IMG/VR virus record: IMGVR_UViG_3300037067_017823
Coordinates: 25,145-89,144 of that record
DNA from: a virus
Taxonomy: Duplodnaviria; Caudoviricetes
Strand: one strand, 5' to 3'
Length of the DNA: 64,000 nucleotides
Shown here: positions 28,621-39,679 of the stretch, one piece after another
How positions within the stretch are numbered: position 1 is the stretch's first letter
Layout of the letters: each line of letters starts with the position of its first letter
Made by a program: the position numbers and the translations under genes
Notes under the pieces: model-generated
What the model was told of the DNA's origin: nothing
Seen by the model: the letters and a program-made list of their open reading frames with translations, nothing else
Database searches by the model: none

Positions 28621-30306
28621 TCAAGTGCAGACAGCTATGAACGAATATTTACCAGTGTTTCCATTAAAGTCAGCTGCTTGTATACGATAAATATATTTGT
28701 TGTTTCTTTGTATGGTTGTGTCTATAAATTGTGTATTAAAGTAGCTTTTACCTACTCTAGTCCAAATTTTATTTTCATCTATTCTATCTATTATGAACGT
28801 ATCAAGCGTTTTTTCGTTTTCATCTATTTTCCAAGTTATCACACACTTCATCGGTTCAAATACATCATTGAAGTATGCCTCGACGTCAGTCACTGGATTC
28901 GGTGGAACTGTAAGATCTATAAGCAATTCTGCGCTTTTATTTGATATCTGATTTGTCTCAGCATCATATGTTGATACATAGTAATAATATTTTGTATCTC
29001 TCATTGGCGGTGTTGGTTGATAATATGGATATTCTGAATCGAGAACAACACCGTCGTTGCTGCACATATCTATGAAAAAGCTTTCTGATTGTTCTGGAAA
29101 TGATTGATAATTTAATTCATCATACTTTCTTCTGAAAACTTTGAAATAATACAGATTGCTTTTCGGAAACAGCTCGCTTGATCCACTTACAACATCACTT
29201 AGCTTTTGATTTAAGTTATCGTCGCTCCAAACAATTTTTACGCCTGTTGGATATTCATTTAAGATTTCACCGTCAATATTAATAGGTGTTGCAGGCATTT
29301 CGCTCGATAACAAACCACAATAAACAATATTTGACTGTCGTTCATCAGTTCTGTTTGAGAATTTATCTATTCCATATACAGAATATTGATAAAACATATC
29401 GTCTCTAACAATAGGATCGAGAAACTCAATTTCTTGCTTACCATTATTTTTTATTAATGAACCAGATTGCCATTGTTCAACTTCTTCAAACTTTGTTCTT
29501 TTTTCTGAAATATCTTTTCTCTCTATTCTATACCATAAACAGCGTGGATCAATGTTTGATATTTTTAGTTTAGTATATTTTTCTCTAGAAGATTCTTTCG
29601 CAAACTGTGCAAATGGTATTGGATCAAACAATGTGTTTGTTTTCGACTTAGCATAGTTTTTATTCCATACAAAAACGTCAATCTTGATAATGTTCTGAGA
29701 AAAATGCCCGAACAAATCGTATGAAATAAACCTGTATTCATAAAAATGACCGAGAGATATGTTTTTGTCTACATACAACTGATCTCCATATTTCAGAACT
29801 GCTATTCTTTCAAAAACGTCGTCATCAAAGTGTTTTTTGAATACAAAGATGTTTGTCGTAAACTTGCTTTTATTACAACTAATGTCAAAATAAATAGCTC
29901 CATTCCTCATTGAAAATGTTATCTGTTTTGGTGGTTCTATTTCATAAATTTCTCTCGGATCAAATTTTTCAATTTCAGATGCTTTAGATGATACATCTGT
30001 ATATGCAATAATTTGATATGAATACGTTTTGAAATAATTTACATTCGAAACAATTTCCAAATTTTTATGAACATAAGAAAATACGCTTGGGCTAAACTCA
30101 ATTGTTTTCTTAATTTTACCATCTTGAGAACTAGTATCATTTTCGAATAACACGAGATCAAACGATATTATTTTTTCACTTGATGGATTCTTTGTTACTT
30201 CCCACTCTATTTTATTCTGCATTTTTTGAGAATCAAACTTTATTCTCGTAATAGAGACTTCAATATCGGTTTTGATTATCTTTCGAGCGCTCTTTATTAA
30301 TGTCAT
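28621..30306 (-). CDS. Multi-FN3/Ig-like domain virion protein
   Basis: Repeated Y.Y.(I/V)..(D/Y)..G and P..P motifs typical of FN3 repeats. Confidence 0.65.
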   Translation of the reverse strand: MTLIKSARKIIKTDIEVSITRIKFDSQKMQNKIEWEVTKNPSSEKIISFDLVLFENDTSSQDGKIKKTIEFSPSVFSYVHKNLEIVSNVNYFKTYSYQIIAYTDVSSKASEIEKFDPREIYEIEPPKQITFSMRNGAIYFDISCNKSKFTTNIFVFKKHFDDDVFERIAVLKYGDQLYVDKNISLGHFYEYRFISYDLFGHFSQNIIKIDVFVWNKNYAKSKTNTLFDPIPFAQFAKESSREKYTKLKISNIDPRCLWYRIERKDISEKRTKFEEVEQWQSGSLIKNNGKQEIEFLDPIVRDDMFYQYSVYGIDKFSNRTDERQSNIVYCGLLSSEMPATPINIDGEILNEYPTGVKIVWSDDNLNQKLSDVVSGSSELFPKSNLYYFKVFRRKYDELNYQSFPEQSESFFIDMCSNDGVVLDSEYPYYQPTPPMRDTKYYYYVSTYDAETNQISNKSAELLIDLTVPPNPVTDVEAYFNDVFEPMKCVITWKIDENEKTLDTFIIDRIDENKIWTRVGKSYFNTQFIDTTIQRNNKYIYRIQAADFNGNTGKYSFIAVCT

Positions 30307-30917
30307 AGTATTTTCACTATTTCATATAATGTGTTAGCTTCATTTATCTCACTTGATTGACTCATAAGACTATTATTATCTTCAGAAAGATAAAATGAAG
30401 AACCAGAACTGAATAACTTAGTTTTCTGATCAGACGATGATATTTCTAATTGAATTAAATACAACGGATCTTTATTTGTCCAACTTCTATTAAATGATAT
30501 ACTCGAAGAAAAATCTACTACTGCTCTTCTATTCTTTAGTGATTCTATTCTTGAAACTGTACTTTCTAGATTGTCACTTCCAATTGCAAGCGAAAGAATT
30601 GAATCTGTATCAAATGTATCATCAGTAGATCTCTTTATAGAACATGAAGATATATTATTTACTATTGAAACATTAGCATAATTCGAGATAAAAATTTCAC
30701 CATCAAATATTTGATTTTCATAAACGTCAGCATCAGATATTGCTTCTAAGACTGGTAAAGACTCAATGCTGAAGTCATTTGAAGACGATAAATATAAAGA
30801 ATCGTTGTCTATTAGTTTAAAATAATCAAACGAAATGATACCTTTAGACAACAGTTCTCTTCCATAACTTGTTAGAGCCAAATCAATTATATTCTGTTTT
30901 TTGTTTATAAAACCCAT
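30303..30917 (-). CDS. Conserved virion structural protein, paralog of 21517-22233
   Basis: MGFINKK..IIDLALTSYGRELLSKG. Confidence 0.6.
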   Translation of the reverse strand: MGFINKKQNIIDLALTSYGRELLSKGIISFDYFKLIDNDSLYLSSSNDFSIESLPVLEAISDADVYENQIFDGEIFISNYANVSIVNNISSCSIKRSTDDTFDTDSILSLAIGSDNLESTVSRIESLKNRRAVVDFSSSISFNRSWTNKDPLYLIQLEISSSDQKTKLFSSGSSFYLSEDNNSLMSQSSEINEANTLYEIVKIL

Positions 30918-30929
30918 AAATTCACCATT

Positions 30930-32987
30930 TTATGGAACAAAATAAGGAAATAGTTCTGATTGAAAAAACCAGATCTTGTTGAGATTATTTTCAATCATTC
31001 GTGAACATTTTTCAACGTTGTATAAAGTTGGTCTTTCGAATAAATTCGACATTGCATAATCACTTCCACTTAATATTGAAATAGCATCCTTTTGTGCAGT
31101 GCCACTTATTTTCTTTCTTAGTTGACCATTATAGAAGTTACATTTTAAATTTCTATTTACTACTTTTGAAGCATAATAACTTATACTGCGCGACTCGTCA
31201 GAAATATCTATTGAAACAGCATTATTAATAAATTTGTTACAAAATCTTGCATCTCGTATCATATATACTTCGTGTTCTTCATATTCGTCACAATAAATGT
31301 TTGCAAAAAATAGTTGACTAAGACTGATAACAGCAAAATATTGTCTTATATTTTGTATAACAACTTGTGGCGATATTGTTGCAAAGAAAACATAATAATA
31401 TTTAATCAAGTAGTAATATTCAAAAGCAATAAGTGCTTCATTTATATCGAAGTAACCAATAAACTTATCATTTATCATTACCTCAATACTGAATTTTCGA
31501 TTATTTTTTTCATCGAGAGTGTTCAGAAATAACGAAACTTTATATAACTCATTATTTTCCCATCTAGCACCAGTGTTTTTGAAATAAGGTTTGAGATATT
31601 GATCGCTCGTTATTATTTTTACATTACCATCGGGAGAAAAATTAATTATTGGAAACATAAAGTTGTAATTTACGTTGAAACTAGGATCACCTTCTTCCCA
31701 CGATTTTCCCTGTTCCCATTCACTAATTGCAGCATTAACACCAAATGTGAGACCTTGCACTTTTTGAATATCCTTATCTAACACAAGAGTCTCATCGATA
31801 ATAGGATAAATCGTTGAAAAAATAAATTCAAAAAATGCTACTTGACTACTCGCAGATCCAAAACTTTCCATTGAGTTAAAAATCATACTGCTCGTGAGTT
31901 CAAAACACGATGTATTAGCTGGTTCTCTCCAAATTGGGAAGTTCGATGCTGTAACATATGTACCGCTACTCATTCCAGTATATGATCCTGTTGAATAATA
32001 TGATTTTAGTATCGCTATATTTGGAATAACACTTTCACCATATACTGATAGGTTATTTTGAACGAGAGTTAATGTACCAGACACACCACCAACCCACCAT
32101 AACTCTCTATTCTTATAATATTCATCTCCAAGTAGTGTTCCAGAACATGGATGTTTAATTGATTCTCCAACACCATATTCGATAAAATCTGGCCATACAA
32201 CTCCAAATGTTGGTTTTCCGAAATATCCCCAACAACCAGATGGAATTGACCAGTTTTCATTGAACATTAAGTTTCTATTAGCATCTTTTCCAGTAAATGG
32301 ATAGTCACTTATTAATGAATCATAAGCGTCGCCATATAAAGCATTATGTGAAATTGTTGTAGATGTACCACTTAAGATTGATCTTTTTGCACTTAAGTAA
32401 TAATCTGACGTAAACGCTGTTAATGGATTCGATGCTGATACTGTTCCTGAACAATAATTGTAGAAAGCGTTTTGATATTCACCAATGTTTTCTGAAAAGA
32501 ATCTATTTGATTTATGCTCTCTGTTTGTTTGATAACGTTCACTTCCAGAATATCCGTACCTTGATGTGTAGTAAGTTGAATCTTTGTGTTGTTGTATTGA
32601 TGCAGAAGCCCAATTGTCATCAGAATAATCTTGCGGCGAATTCCTATATACTCTCGAATACCCTCTTTGATTTTTTTGCTCATATCGAAAAGCTAGATTT
32701 CCTCTTGGTGAATATTTATAAAGCTTATCACATCCATCAACAAATGGAGTTTCCCTTGAAGATGTTGTATATTGAGACCATGGAATCTCATTATAATGAT
32801 AGTGTGCATCTTTTGTTGCATCTTCACCAATAATCGCATTGATGTCAGTTGGTGTGAGTGACGCTAAGTTATCATCAACTTTGTGACATAATATCGAAAA
32901 CAATCCATTGCCATATTTTGTTACACGTGCGTTTTTTCTTGCATCCCAAGATGTTTCAAAAGAAGAACTGTTTGTTGCTAAAGTCAC
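30930..32987 (-). CDS. Hypothetical virion/baseplate protein
   Basis: 685 aa ORF within baseplate operon; no recognised motif. Confidence 0.55.
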   Translation of the reverse strand: MTLATNSSSFETSWDARKNARVTKYGNGLFSILCHKVDDNLASLTPTDINAIIGEDATKDAHYHYNEIPWSQYTTSSRETPFVDGCDKLYKYSPRGNLAFRYEQKNQRGYSRVYRNSPQDYSDDNWASASIQQHKDSTYYTSRYGYSGSERYQTNREHKSNRFFSENIGEYQNAFYNYCSGTVSASNPLTAFTSDYYLSAKRSILSGTSTTISHNALYGDAYDSLISDYPFTGKDANRNLMFNENWSIPSGCWGYFGKPTFGVVWPDFIEYGVGESIKHPCSGTLLGDEYYKNRELWWVGGVSGTLTLVQNNLSVYGESVIPNIAILKSYYSTGSYTGMSSGTYVTASNFPIWREPANTSCFELTSSMIFNSMESFGSASSQVAFFEFIFSTIYPIIDETLVLDKDIQKVQGLTFGVNAAISEWEQGKSWEEGDPSFNVNYNFMFPIINFSPDGNVKIITSDQYLKPYFKNTGARWENNELYKVSLFLNTLDEKNNRKFSIEVMINDKFIGYFDINEALIAFEYYYLIKYYYVFFATISPQVVIQNIRQYFAVISLSQLFFANIYCDEYEEHEVYMIRDARFCNKFINNAVSIDISDESRSISYYASKVVNRNLKCNFYNGQLRKKISGTAQKDAISILSGSDYAMSNLFERPTLYNVEKCSRMIENNLNKIWFFQSELFPYFVP

Positions 32988-32989
32988 TA

Positions 32990-35983
32990 CTATGTTCTCC
33001 CAATTCCAGAACTTAGACCAGTAAAGCAGGTTGTTTCCTTTGCGATTTGTCCAAGCACTTTTGATCTTTCAAGTAGATGCGACTCAATAACTTTTTCTTC
33101 ACCAATGAAGTAAAGTCTTGCTGGAATAAGTTTTTCAATTATGTTAAAGTAAAACTTGTCTATCCACGACAAATTTTTAAAATAATTTAGGAACGATATG
33201 CTCTTACTAAGTCTTGTTGCATACAATTCTTTCATATATCTTTCGAGATCATACGAACTTTTATTTTTCATTATAGGAATACCAATTAAGTTACTAAACT
33301 TATTCATATCAGAAAACATTTTAATAATATCTTCGTTTAGAGAGTCGACAGCATTAAATTCGACACTAAAAATACTGATTCTGTCTTTGTCTATGTAATC
33401 TTGTGGAGCTGAAATATATTGTACTTTATTCGTGTTCCATTTTAAAGAAATATCTGGGCATAAATAGTTGTATGGTAACAGCTCATATGCAAAGTTTGAT
33501 TCACTTGATGTCAAAAATAAAGATCCCGTAGCATCAAGTTGTTCTTTATAGTAAGAGTAATTTGTGACGGGTAAAATTGTACCAGCTGTATCGCTGACAA
33601 TACCGTCATCGAAAATCCAGTGGCCAACGAGTTTTACATATCTGCTTTCTGGATCAGCTATACCAATAGAAGAAAAATTCATACAATGTTCGTTTAATTC
33701 AGATGAAGATATAAATGTGTTCCATAACCTCGTTTCAGTTTGTCTTGTTTCTGTGTCTACATTCTGATATATATGATTTCCAGTGAATGCTCCAAATATT
33801 AGTTTTTGTCCTAGAGCATTTGATTCTGTGATAAATGAACAGTATCCTGAATATATATTTTCTATGTAATCACTTTCTAGCTTCTTTATATCGAGATAGT
33901 GAGACGTTGACATTATTGAAGTTGGACCAACAATAATTGGAACACCATCAGTGTCTCGTCGATATGAAATGTTATAATAGTTTCCATCAAATATTGGAAC
34001 GTTAACTGCACTTAATCTCGTTGTTACTTCTTCATAGTTTCCACTCGTAATCAAATAGACATTACCATAAGAAGATGTTGCTTCTCTAGTATAAAAGAGA
34101 CCAATTTCTCCAGATCCAGTGATTGGATCGTTACTATGATTTATTCCCCAAATAGAACCCGTCGTCACATAAGGTTGACTTGTTACTATGGTTTCATAAA
34201 ATGTGCCTGATTCATAAGAAGTATATGGTTTGAAACTACAAAGAGTTTCTATAGTTATCGAGCCGGTTAAAGAATAAGGGAGTTGCGAGGAAGATACGAG
34301 CACATAAGATCCAGTGTTTGTTTGTGACATAAAATCAAGAACTTTTTGGTACTTATACTTGTTAACATACGACTGAGAAATCGGATAAGAATACTGTGAA
34401 CTATAATCTTTAATTGAGATTACGTTTTCATCAATTCCAAGACAGTGGAAGAAACTCTTTATTGATTCTTTAGTCCCTTTTGTTTTGTATATGTAAATGA
34501 TGTTTGCTAATAGGTTTCTCCAAAATAATTCATTAACTTCTTTTATCGCTAAAATGTTTGTTTCGTTTATGTTATAGTTTTTTGAAAACGAATCGATAGT
34601 TGCTAATGGGAAACTGTCAAAACTTGAAAAACCGAATAGCTCAATTGCTTCTTTTAACAAGTTATATGGAATAACGTTATAATCATCATAGCTTCTTTTC
34701 CAGAAACTCTTTAGTCCATTAATATGTATTTTCATCTCATCAAGCTGACGAGCAAATACATAAAGCATATTTATTAAATTGTATGTCCCGTTTATCGTTT
34801 CTTCTTCTATGTAACTATAGGGAACGAGATCTGTTATTATGTTCCGATTGCTTTTATCATATTCAGATGCTGTATTCCAAATAGTCTGAATAAAGTATGT
34901 AACATCACTGTGATCTTCAAAAATCATCGGATCGTAATAGTCGTCAGTTATGATGTTTGAACCTGTTGAATCTAAGAGAACCCCTGGTTGTTTACTTGAC
35001 GAAAAATAATTTATTATCTGACAATCTATAGGTCTCTTAGAATAATCGAGCACTTTATCATAAAAAGCTCCATTACTCATTGTGTAGTGAGGTTCATTAA
35101 ATTTCAAATAGAATATAAGCTCAGGTTCAGAACGTAAGTGCCTATCATAATATTCGTATATCTGTTCAGAATTTCTATAAGAGTTCCAAACTCTTAATTC
35201 GTCAACAGATCCAGTCAAATAATAATTTTTAGGTGGACCCGGTGGTGGTTGACTAGATGAACAACCTATATACACAGAGCCAGTTTCAAGAACTAGTGAG
35301 TCGAACGATAAAGCGCTTTGTGAATTAACAAAAACTCCATCTAAGTAAATGTCAGTTTGAGCACTTGACGAAGACCAACAGAAGGCGAAGTGATGACCAG
35401 CTCCACAATAAGAATTTGAAAACTCACACGAAGCAGAAAATATAGTAGCGCCTGACTGAACTCTAAAAACCATTTCGTTAGATGATGAAAGAAAAACTTC
35501 ATAGTATTTATCAGCTTCTCCTCTTTGTATTATGTATTGATTTGCGTTAGAACCGGTGTTCGCTGAAGCTGAAAGTGAGCAACAAAACTCAATTGACAAA
35601 GCTCTATCTGACGATGTGAGAGACATTTTGTTTTCATAATCTTTTCCTTCTATATAAGTGTTTGCATCACTACCAGTGTTCTGAAAGTATCCTCTATAAG
35701 AAGGAAATTGTTGTAAACAATATTTCTCATATGGAGACAGATCGTCATACCATTCGTGATATTTTTCCCAAGAAAATGTTCTATCATAAAAGTTGTATAA
35801 CTTATACAAAAAGATAGAGTATTTATTATATGCAGAATTGAAAAAGACGTGATTAGAAAAGTCAGAATAATCTATTTTCTCACCTGGATCAGAATCTCTT
35901 AGATAACTACTAACAATTGCTGAAGCTTCATATGAAGATGAAAGATCAGAAAGAGTCTTTGGAAACTGAAATGATCTTGCCAT
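32990..35983 (-). CDS. Baseplate wedge protein (gp7-like) with LamG domains
   Basis: LamG pattern HHFAF..YLDG..DELRVW; FARQLDE and NIIYIYKTKGTKESI baseplate motif. Confidence 0.7.
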   Translation of the reverse strand: MARSFQFPKTLSDLSSSYEASAIVSSYLRDSDPGEKIDYSDFSNHVFFNSAYNKYSIFLYKLYNFYDRTFSWEKYHEWYDDLSPYEKYCLQQFPSYRGYFQNTGSDANTYIEGKDYENKMSLTSSDRALSIEFCCSLSASANTGSNANQYIIQRGEADKYYEVFLSSSNEMVFRVQSGATIFSASCEFSNSYCGAGHHFAFCWSSSSAQTDIYLDGVFVNSQSALSFDSLVLETGSVYIGCSSSQPPPGPPKNYYLTGSVDELRVWNSYRNSEQIYEYYDRHLRSEPELIFYLKFNEPHYTMSNGAFYDKVLDYSKRPIDCQIINYFSSSKQPGVLLDSTGSNIITDDYYDPMIFEDHSDVTYFIQTIWNTASEYDKSNRNIITDLVPYSYIEEETINGTYNLINMLYVFARQLDEMKIHINGLKSFWKRSYDDYNVIPYNLLKEAIELFGFSSFDSFPLATIDSFSKNYNINETNILAIKEVNELFWRNLLANIIYIYKTKGTKESIKSFFHCLGIDENVISIKDYSSQYSYPISQSYVNKYKYQKVLDFMSQTNTGSYVLVSSSQLPYSLTGSITIETLCSFKPYTSYESGTFYETIVTSQPYVTTGSIWGINHSNDPITGSGEIGLFYTREATSSYGNVYLITSGNYEEVTTRLSAVNVPIFDGNYYNISYRRDTDGVPIIVGPTSIMSTSHYLDIKKLESDYIENIYSGYCSFITESNALGQKLIFGAFTGNHIYQNVDTETRQTETRLWNTFISSSELNEHCMNFSSIGIADPESRYVKLVGHWIFDDGIVSDTAGTILPVTNYSYYKEQLDATGSLFLTSSESNFAYELLPYNYLCPDISLKWNTNKVQYISAPQDYIDKDRISIFSVEFNAVDSLNEDIIKMFSDMNKFSNLIGIPIMKNKSSYDLERYMKELYATRLSKSISFLNYFKNLSWIDKFYFNIIEKLIPARLYFIGEEKVIESHLLERSKVLGQIAKETTCFTGLSSGIGRT

Positions 35984-35986
35984 TTT

Positions 35987-37342
35987 TTATTGTATAACCT
36001 TGAACTTCCAAGAATCTCTTAATGTTTCATATGTGTTGTTTCTTCTAACCTTCAAAGTTATTTCATAAAAACAATCTTCGACAAAGTTACTAAACGGTAT
36101 ATTAAAATACATTCCTTCATTATCATAACTGCACTTTGTATATTCTGATGCTGTAATATGTGTATATTGGTTTACATAATCTACAATTTCATAGCGCACA
36201 TCATCATATATTAAAGTTGGTAAATTTGTAACATTATTGTAGTATTGATTTAAGTTCCATCTTTTATTTCTTATGAAGAAGTTTAAGCGAGCATTATCAC
36301 TTCTCTTATATTGCTCTTCTAAGTTTTCAAAATATGCAAAAATTTGTGGAGCTTTAAAGTTTTGAGCAGGAATAGAACTTGTAACGTTTATTGTTCCAGT
36401 CATAAATTGATCAGAACCAGAACTCCAAACATCGTATAAGACAGAACCTGTATATGATGTTGGAATATAAATATCTGTCACATATATACCAGTAGAAACA
36501 TATGAGGATGTAAATGATGAAGAAAACGACATAGAACTAGACACAACCGAGTTATACACATCAACATTAATTGAAGACGAACCAGCTGTTAAGTCTTCAA
36601 ACTGACCATCTACTATATTATACAAATAAATAGAACTAGAATGTCCAAGAACAACAGAACCTCTTTTGTCTCTTGTGAAATCGTTTACTTTTATTTCAAT
36701 AAACGGCAAATATACTTTTTCATCAGTGTGTCTTGAATAAAACAACTTATTGTAATAATCTGTATCGTTTGTTTCTTCAGTATCAGATAGTTTTAAGAGA
36801 ACACCAAAGTTTCCGCTAGCTAACCAGTAGTTGAACGTATCTGTAATATCAACATCTATATTTTCAGTTCCACGATCGAAGTGAACAGAAGAATATATCG
36901 AATTAATATAATCAGAGCCTGTTGATGACCAAGAATTTACTGATGTTGCACTAAGCCAAGAACAAAACCCCGCGTCTTTGAAATAATCAGAATCTATTCC
37001 GGTACCTTCATCCCAACTTTTAGAAACTGGATAAATATATATGTCAAATGAAGTTGGAACGGTTTCTTGATGAGGACAATTAAACATTTTAAGTGAACAA
37101 TTAATTGACGACGATGCAAGATTATAGTAGTTCATCGTCTCATGATATTGACTGAGATCGAAATATAGTAATGATCTTCCGAAACTATCACTTAATAACG
37201 AAGCACTTGTATGGTCTTTTCTAGCATAAACTTGAAGATATGGTGATGCTCCTAGGTTTGCATCTTCTGAGCGAGATCTGAAATTGTTTGCATAATCGCT
37301 TACGATTGTAGAATCTTTACTTGGATATGTTTTGATTATCAT
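35987..37342 (-). CDS. Conserved virion protein (DNRLRE/CBM96-like N-terminus)
   Basis: KDSTI..NLG..RSLLYFDL..YPVSKSWDEGTG pattern. Confidence 0.55.
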   Translation of the reverse strand: MIIKTYPSKDSTIVSDYANNFRSRSEDANLGASPYLQVYARKDHTSASLLSDSFGRSLLYFDLSQYHETMNYYNLASSSINCSLKMFNCPHQETVPTSFDIYIYPVSKSWDEGTGIDSDYFKDAGFCSWLSATSVNSWSSTGSDYINSIYSSVHFDRGTENIDVDITDTFNYWLASGNFGVLLKLSDTEETNDTDYYNKLFYSRHTDEKVYLPFIEIKVNDFTRDKRGSVVLGHSSSIYLYNIVDGQFEDLTAGSSSINVDVYNSVVSSSMSFSSSFTSSYVSTGIYVTDIYIPTSYTGSVLYDVWSSGSDQFMTGTINVTSSIPAQNFKAPQIFAYFENLEEQYKRSDNARLNFFIRNKRWNLNQYYNNVTNLPTLIYDDVRYEIVDYVNQYTHITASEYTKCSYDNEGMYFNIPFSNFVEDCFYEITLKVRRNNTYETLRDSWKFKVIQ

Positions 37343-39105
37343 ATAACCATACCTTTGACGTCAGTTGCAAAGTTGTCAACCTCGAAAATAGAATCGTCAT
37401 TTGGTACATAAAAAATTCCATTTTGCTCACTTATTGAAGAGTTCGTAAATGAAAAATTCAAAGAAGAAACTGAGTAAACACCATTTATATTTTGCAGAAC
37501 TCTAATGACGTCAGACTTAATTATTGGCTGATTTATTGACATCTTGTCTTTATTAAAGTATGCTATCAGAGCATTTGTGCACAAAGCAAGAACAGTGTTT
37601 CTGTTTGCATTCTCATTGCATATAATAACATATTCTATTGTAAAATTAACAACATTTGCTGGTCTTATAAAAATATTATCGGTTAGTAGCGCATATTTTT
37701 GTAGATATGTTTTGGCGTTTTTTATTAGAGTGTCTGTTGGATCGCAATAATTTCCATTTTCATCATAGCACAAAACAACAACTTCGATCGTATTTGAAGC
37801 CAAGCAGTCTTTTTTAACATTCACTTTACAGAATGAACCGAAAATGGTTGGCATACTAAGAAGTCGAATTTGATAATCCTCTCTCGTAACACATCTTGAT
37901 TGAGAAGCAAAAAATGCTTTTACTCTCTGTTTTGTTTCAAATGTTGTTTCTTCATCTCTACCACCAACAGAAGGCTGTAAGTTAGTTGTAGCTAGAGAGT
38001 TTATAACTTGATTTTGTATTGCAGAAGATAATCCTGTATGTTTCCATTCATATAAAGCTTTATCTATCTTCGAAATATCTCCCGATTTAACAACAGAGTT
38101 TGATCCACCGCCAGCTCTATAATAAACATCGAGAACAACTCCATAAGGAGATAAACCAAGCGTTTTGGTGTTCAAGAAATTTTGTGGATCAATTGAAAAA
38201 TCTGAAAAATATTCTTTACCATATAGAGGAATAGAAACTTCAGAGATATTTGGTATTAAAACATTATCATCAGTATCTTCTCTTCCAGAACCAAAAACCA
38301 TATTGATATAGTTTGTATTATAATCGAATTCAGTGATAAATCTTCTTGGAACTTTCTTTAGCTTCATTACATATGGAACGAGAGTGTTGTCGTAGTTTGT
38401 ATTCACAGAAGATTCGAAAACAGTATCTTGTGTTAAGTAGTCAACTTCATACCAACGATTTCCGTTGTTGTCTATAACATCAAATATATCAACTGATTCA
38501 GTATCATCTATAACAAGTTTTCTATAGCGCACAAAGTCAGTTAAAGAAAATGATTTCAGCTTTGTTTGAGCAGACATTGCAAGAGAAGTTCCTTTTAGAG
38601 AAAACCATTCAACTCGTGATGTAGAACTGTTTATTTGAGATGGAGCATACATATCTGAACCAGTAGAATGTGAAAAATCTATATTATAAAGCGACTCATA
38701 AAATACTCCGTTTTGAGCTAAGAAACTTGATCCTCTTTTGAAAATAAAAGCATAACGATAATCAGGAAGAGCAATACCAGTATCATATGTTGCTGGAACT
38801 TGTACGTAAACAGACTGCTCAACAAGAGAACAAGCTCTCTTCTTCGGTTTATAGCCAAGAGCTTTAGCGATAGCATAGATCGATTCTTTTTGAACTGCAT
38901 TATCAAGCAGTAGTTCATTTACTGAACGGTCGAGGTAAAAATTTAGAACATCAGATGAATATGCGAGAAGTTCTATAAGTGCAGTTCCAGTACTTGCATC
39001 ACTAAAATCTCGCCATTGATTTGGAAAGTATGCTTTCAAATAGTTTTTAAAACTATTACTAAAACTATCAAAGTCAGCAGCAAAATATTTAATTTCTTTA
39101 CTCAT
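37339..39105 (-). CDS. gp6: Baseplate wedge subunit, T4 gp6-like
   Basis: DFSDAS.GTALIELLAY..LNFY, ALGYKPK, FGSG, SVGGRDEE, RCVTREDY motifs; follows gp25. Confidence 0.88.
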   Translation of the reverse strand: MSKEIKYFAADFDSFSNSFKNYLKAYFPNQWRDFSDASTGTALIELLAYSSDVLNFYLDRSVNELLLDNAVQKESIYAIAKALGYKPKKRACSLVEQSVYVQVPATYDTGIALPDYRYAFIFKRGSSFLAQNGVFYESLYNIDFSHSTGSDMYAPSQINSSTSRVEWFSLKGTSLAMSAQTKLKSFSLTDFVRYRKLVIDDTESVDIFDVIDNNGNRWYEVDYLTQDTVFESSVNTNYDNTLVPYVMKLKKVPRRFITEFDYNTNYINMVFGSGREDTDDNVLIPNISEVSIPLYGKEYFSDFSIDPQNFLNTKTLGLSPYGVVLDVYYRAGGGSNSVVKSGDISKIDKALYEWKHTGLSSAIQNQVINSLATTNLQPSVGGRDEETTFETKQRVKAFFASQSRCVTREDYQIRLLSMPTIFGSFCKVNVKKDCLASNTIEVVVLCYDENGNYCDPTDTLIKNAKTYLQKYALLTDNIFIRPANVVNFTIEYVIICNENANRNTVLALCTNALIAYFNKDKMSINQPIIKSDVIRVLQNINGVYSVSSLNFSFTNSSISEQNGIFYVPNDDSIFEVDNFATDVKGMVI

Positions 39106-39129
39106 TTAAGCACCAAAGTTCTTTATTTT

Positions 39130-39564
39130 TCATTGATCATCCTCTATTTCGACAGAAAGATCGAGAATGTCCTTTATTGTTTTAGAAGAAGTATTGAAAG
39201 AATATTCTATCATAATTTTACACTCATTGTCTTTAAGATCGTTCATATATCTAAACTTGTCTGGAACAGACTCGCCAGAGAAAATAACTGTTATTGAACT
39301 TATACTTATAAAGCTCATCCACAAAGACGTACACTTTATTATTTCTTCAGCAATTGATATTTTTAATTGTTCTGTTTTTTGTTCGAATAAGAGCCTATGA
39401 ATGTCATTACCAAAAGATCTTTTATGTACCCTTTCACCTTTTCTTGTTAGAAGTAGATTCTTTAAGTTCTGCCTAATAACGCCAGAAATGTCTGAGTCAG
39501 AATCAAACGCTCCATAGTCTCCTATTGTTAGTGGACGAGATATATTAAGCGATATTGTTGACAT
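39130..39564 (-). CDS. gp25: Baseplate wedge subunit, gp25-like
   Basis: IRQNLKNLLLTRKGERV..FG..LLFE motif. Confidence 0.92.
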   Translation of the reverse strand: MSTISLNISRPLTIGDYGAFDSDSDISGVIRQNLKNLLLTRKGERVHKRSFGNDIHRLLFEQKTEQLKISIAEEIIKCTSLWMSFISISSITVIFSGESVPDKFRYMNDLKDNECKIMIEYSFNTSSKTIKDILDLSVEIEDDQ

Positions 39565-39608
39565 TTCTACTTAATTATCGAAAATCTAATATTTTTTATT
39601 GCGCAAAA

Positions 39609-39679
39609 AACAAAAGAAACAATTGAAAAATAAATGTGATAAAATAGGACACTGTCCGGTAGGATATATTATATATAGC
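39609..39679 (+). repeat. Intergenic element B (second copy of element A)
   Basis: AACAAAAGAAACAATTGAAAAATAAATGTGATAAAAT..TGTCCggtaGGATA..ATATATAGC. Confidence 0.8.

Noticed and set aside
28575-28640. 21-codon plus-strand ORF MSCPSGQIYIAIVVLIKCRQL from element A (possible toxin peptide)
   Set aside because: Element B has no equivalent start codon, there is no SD, and it overlaps the -10-like motif.
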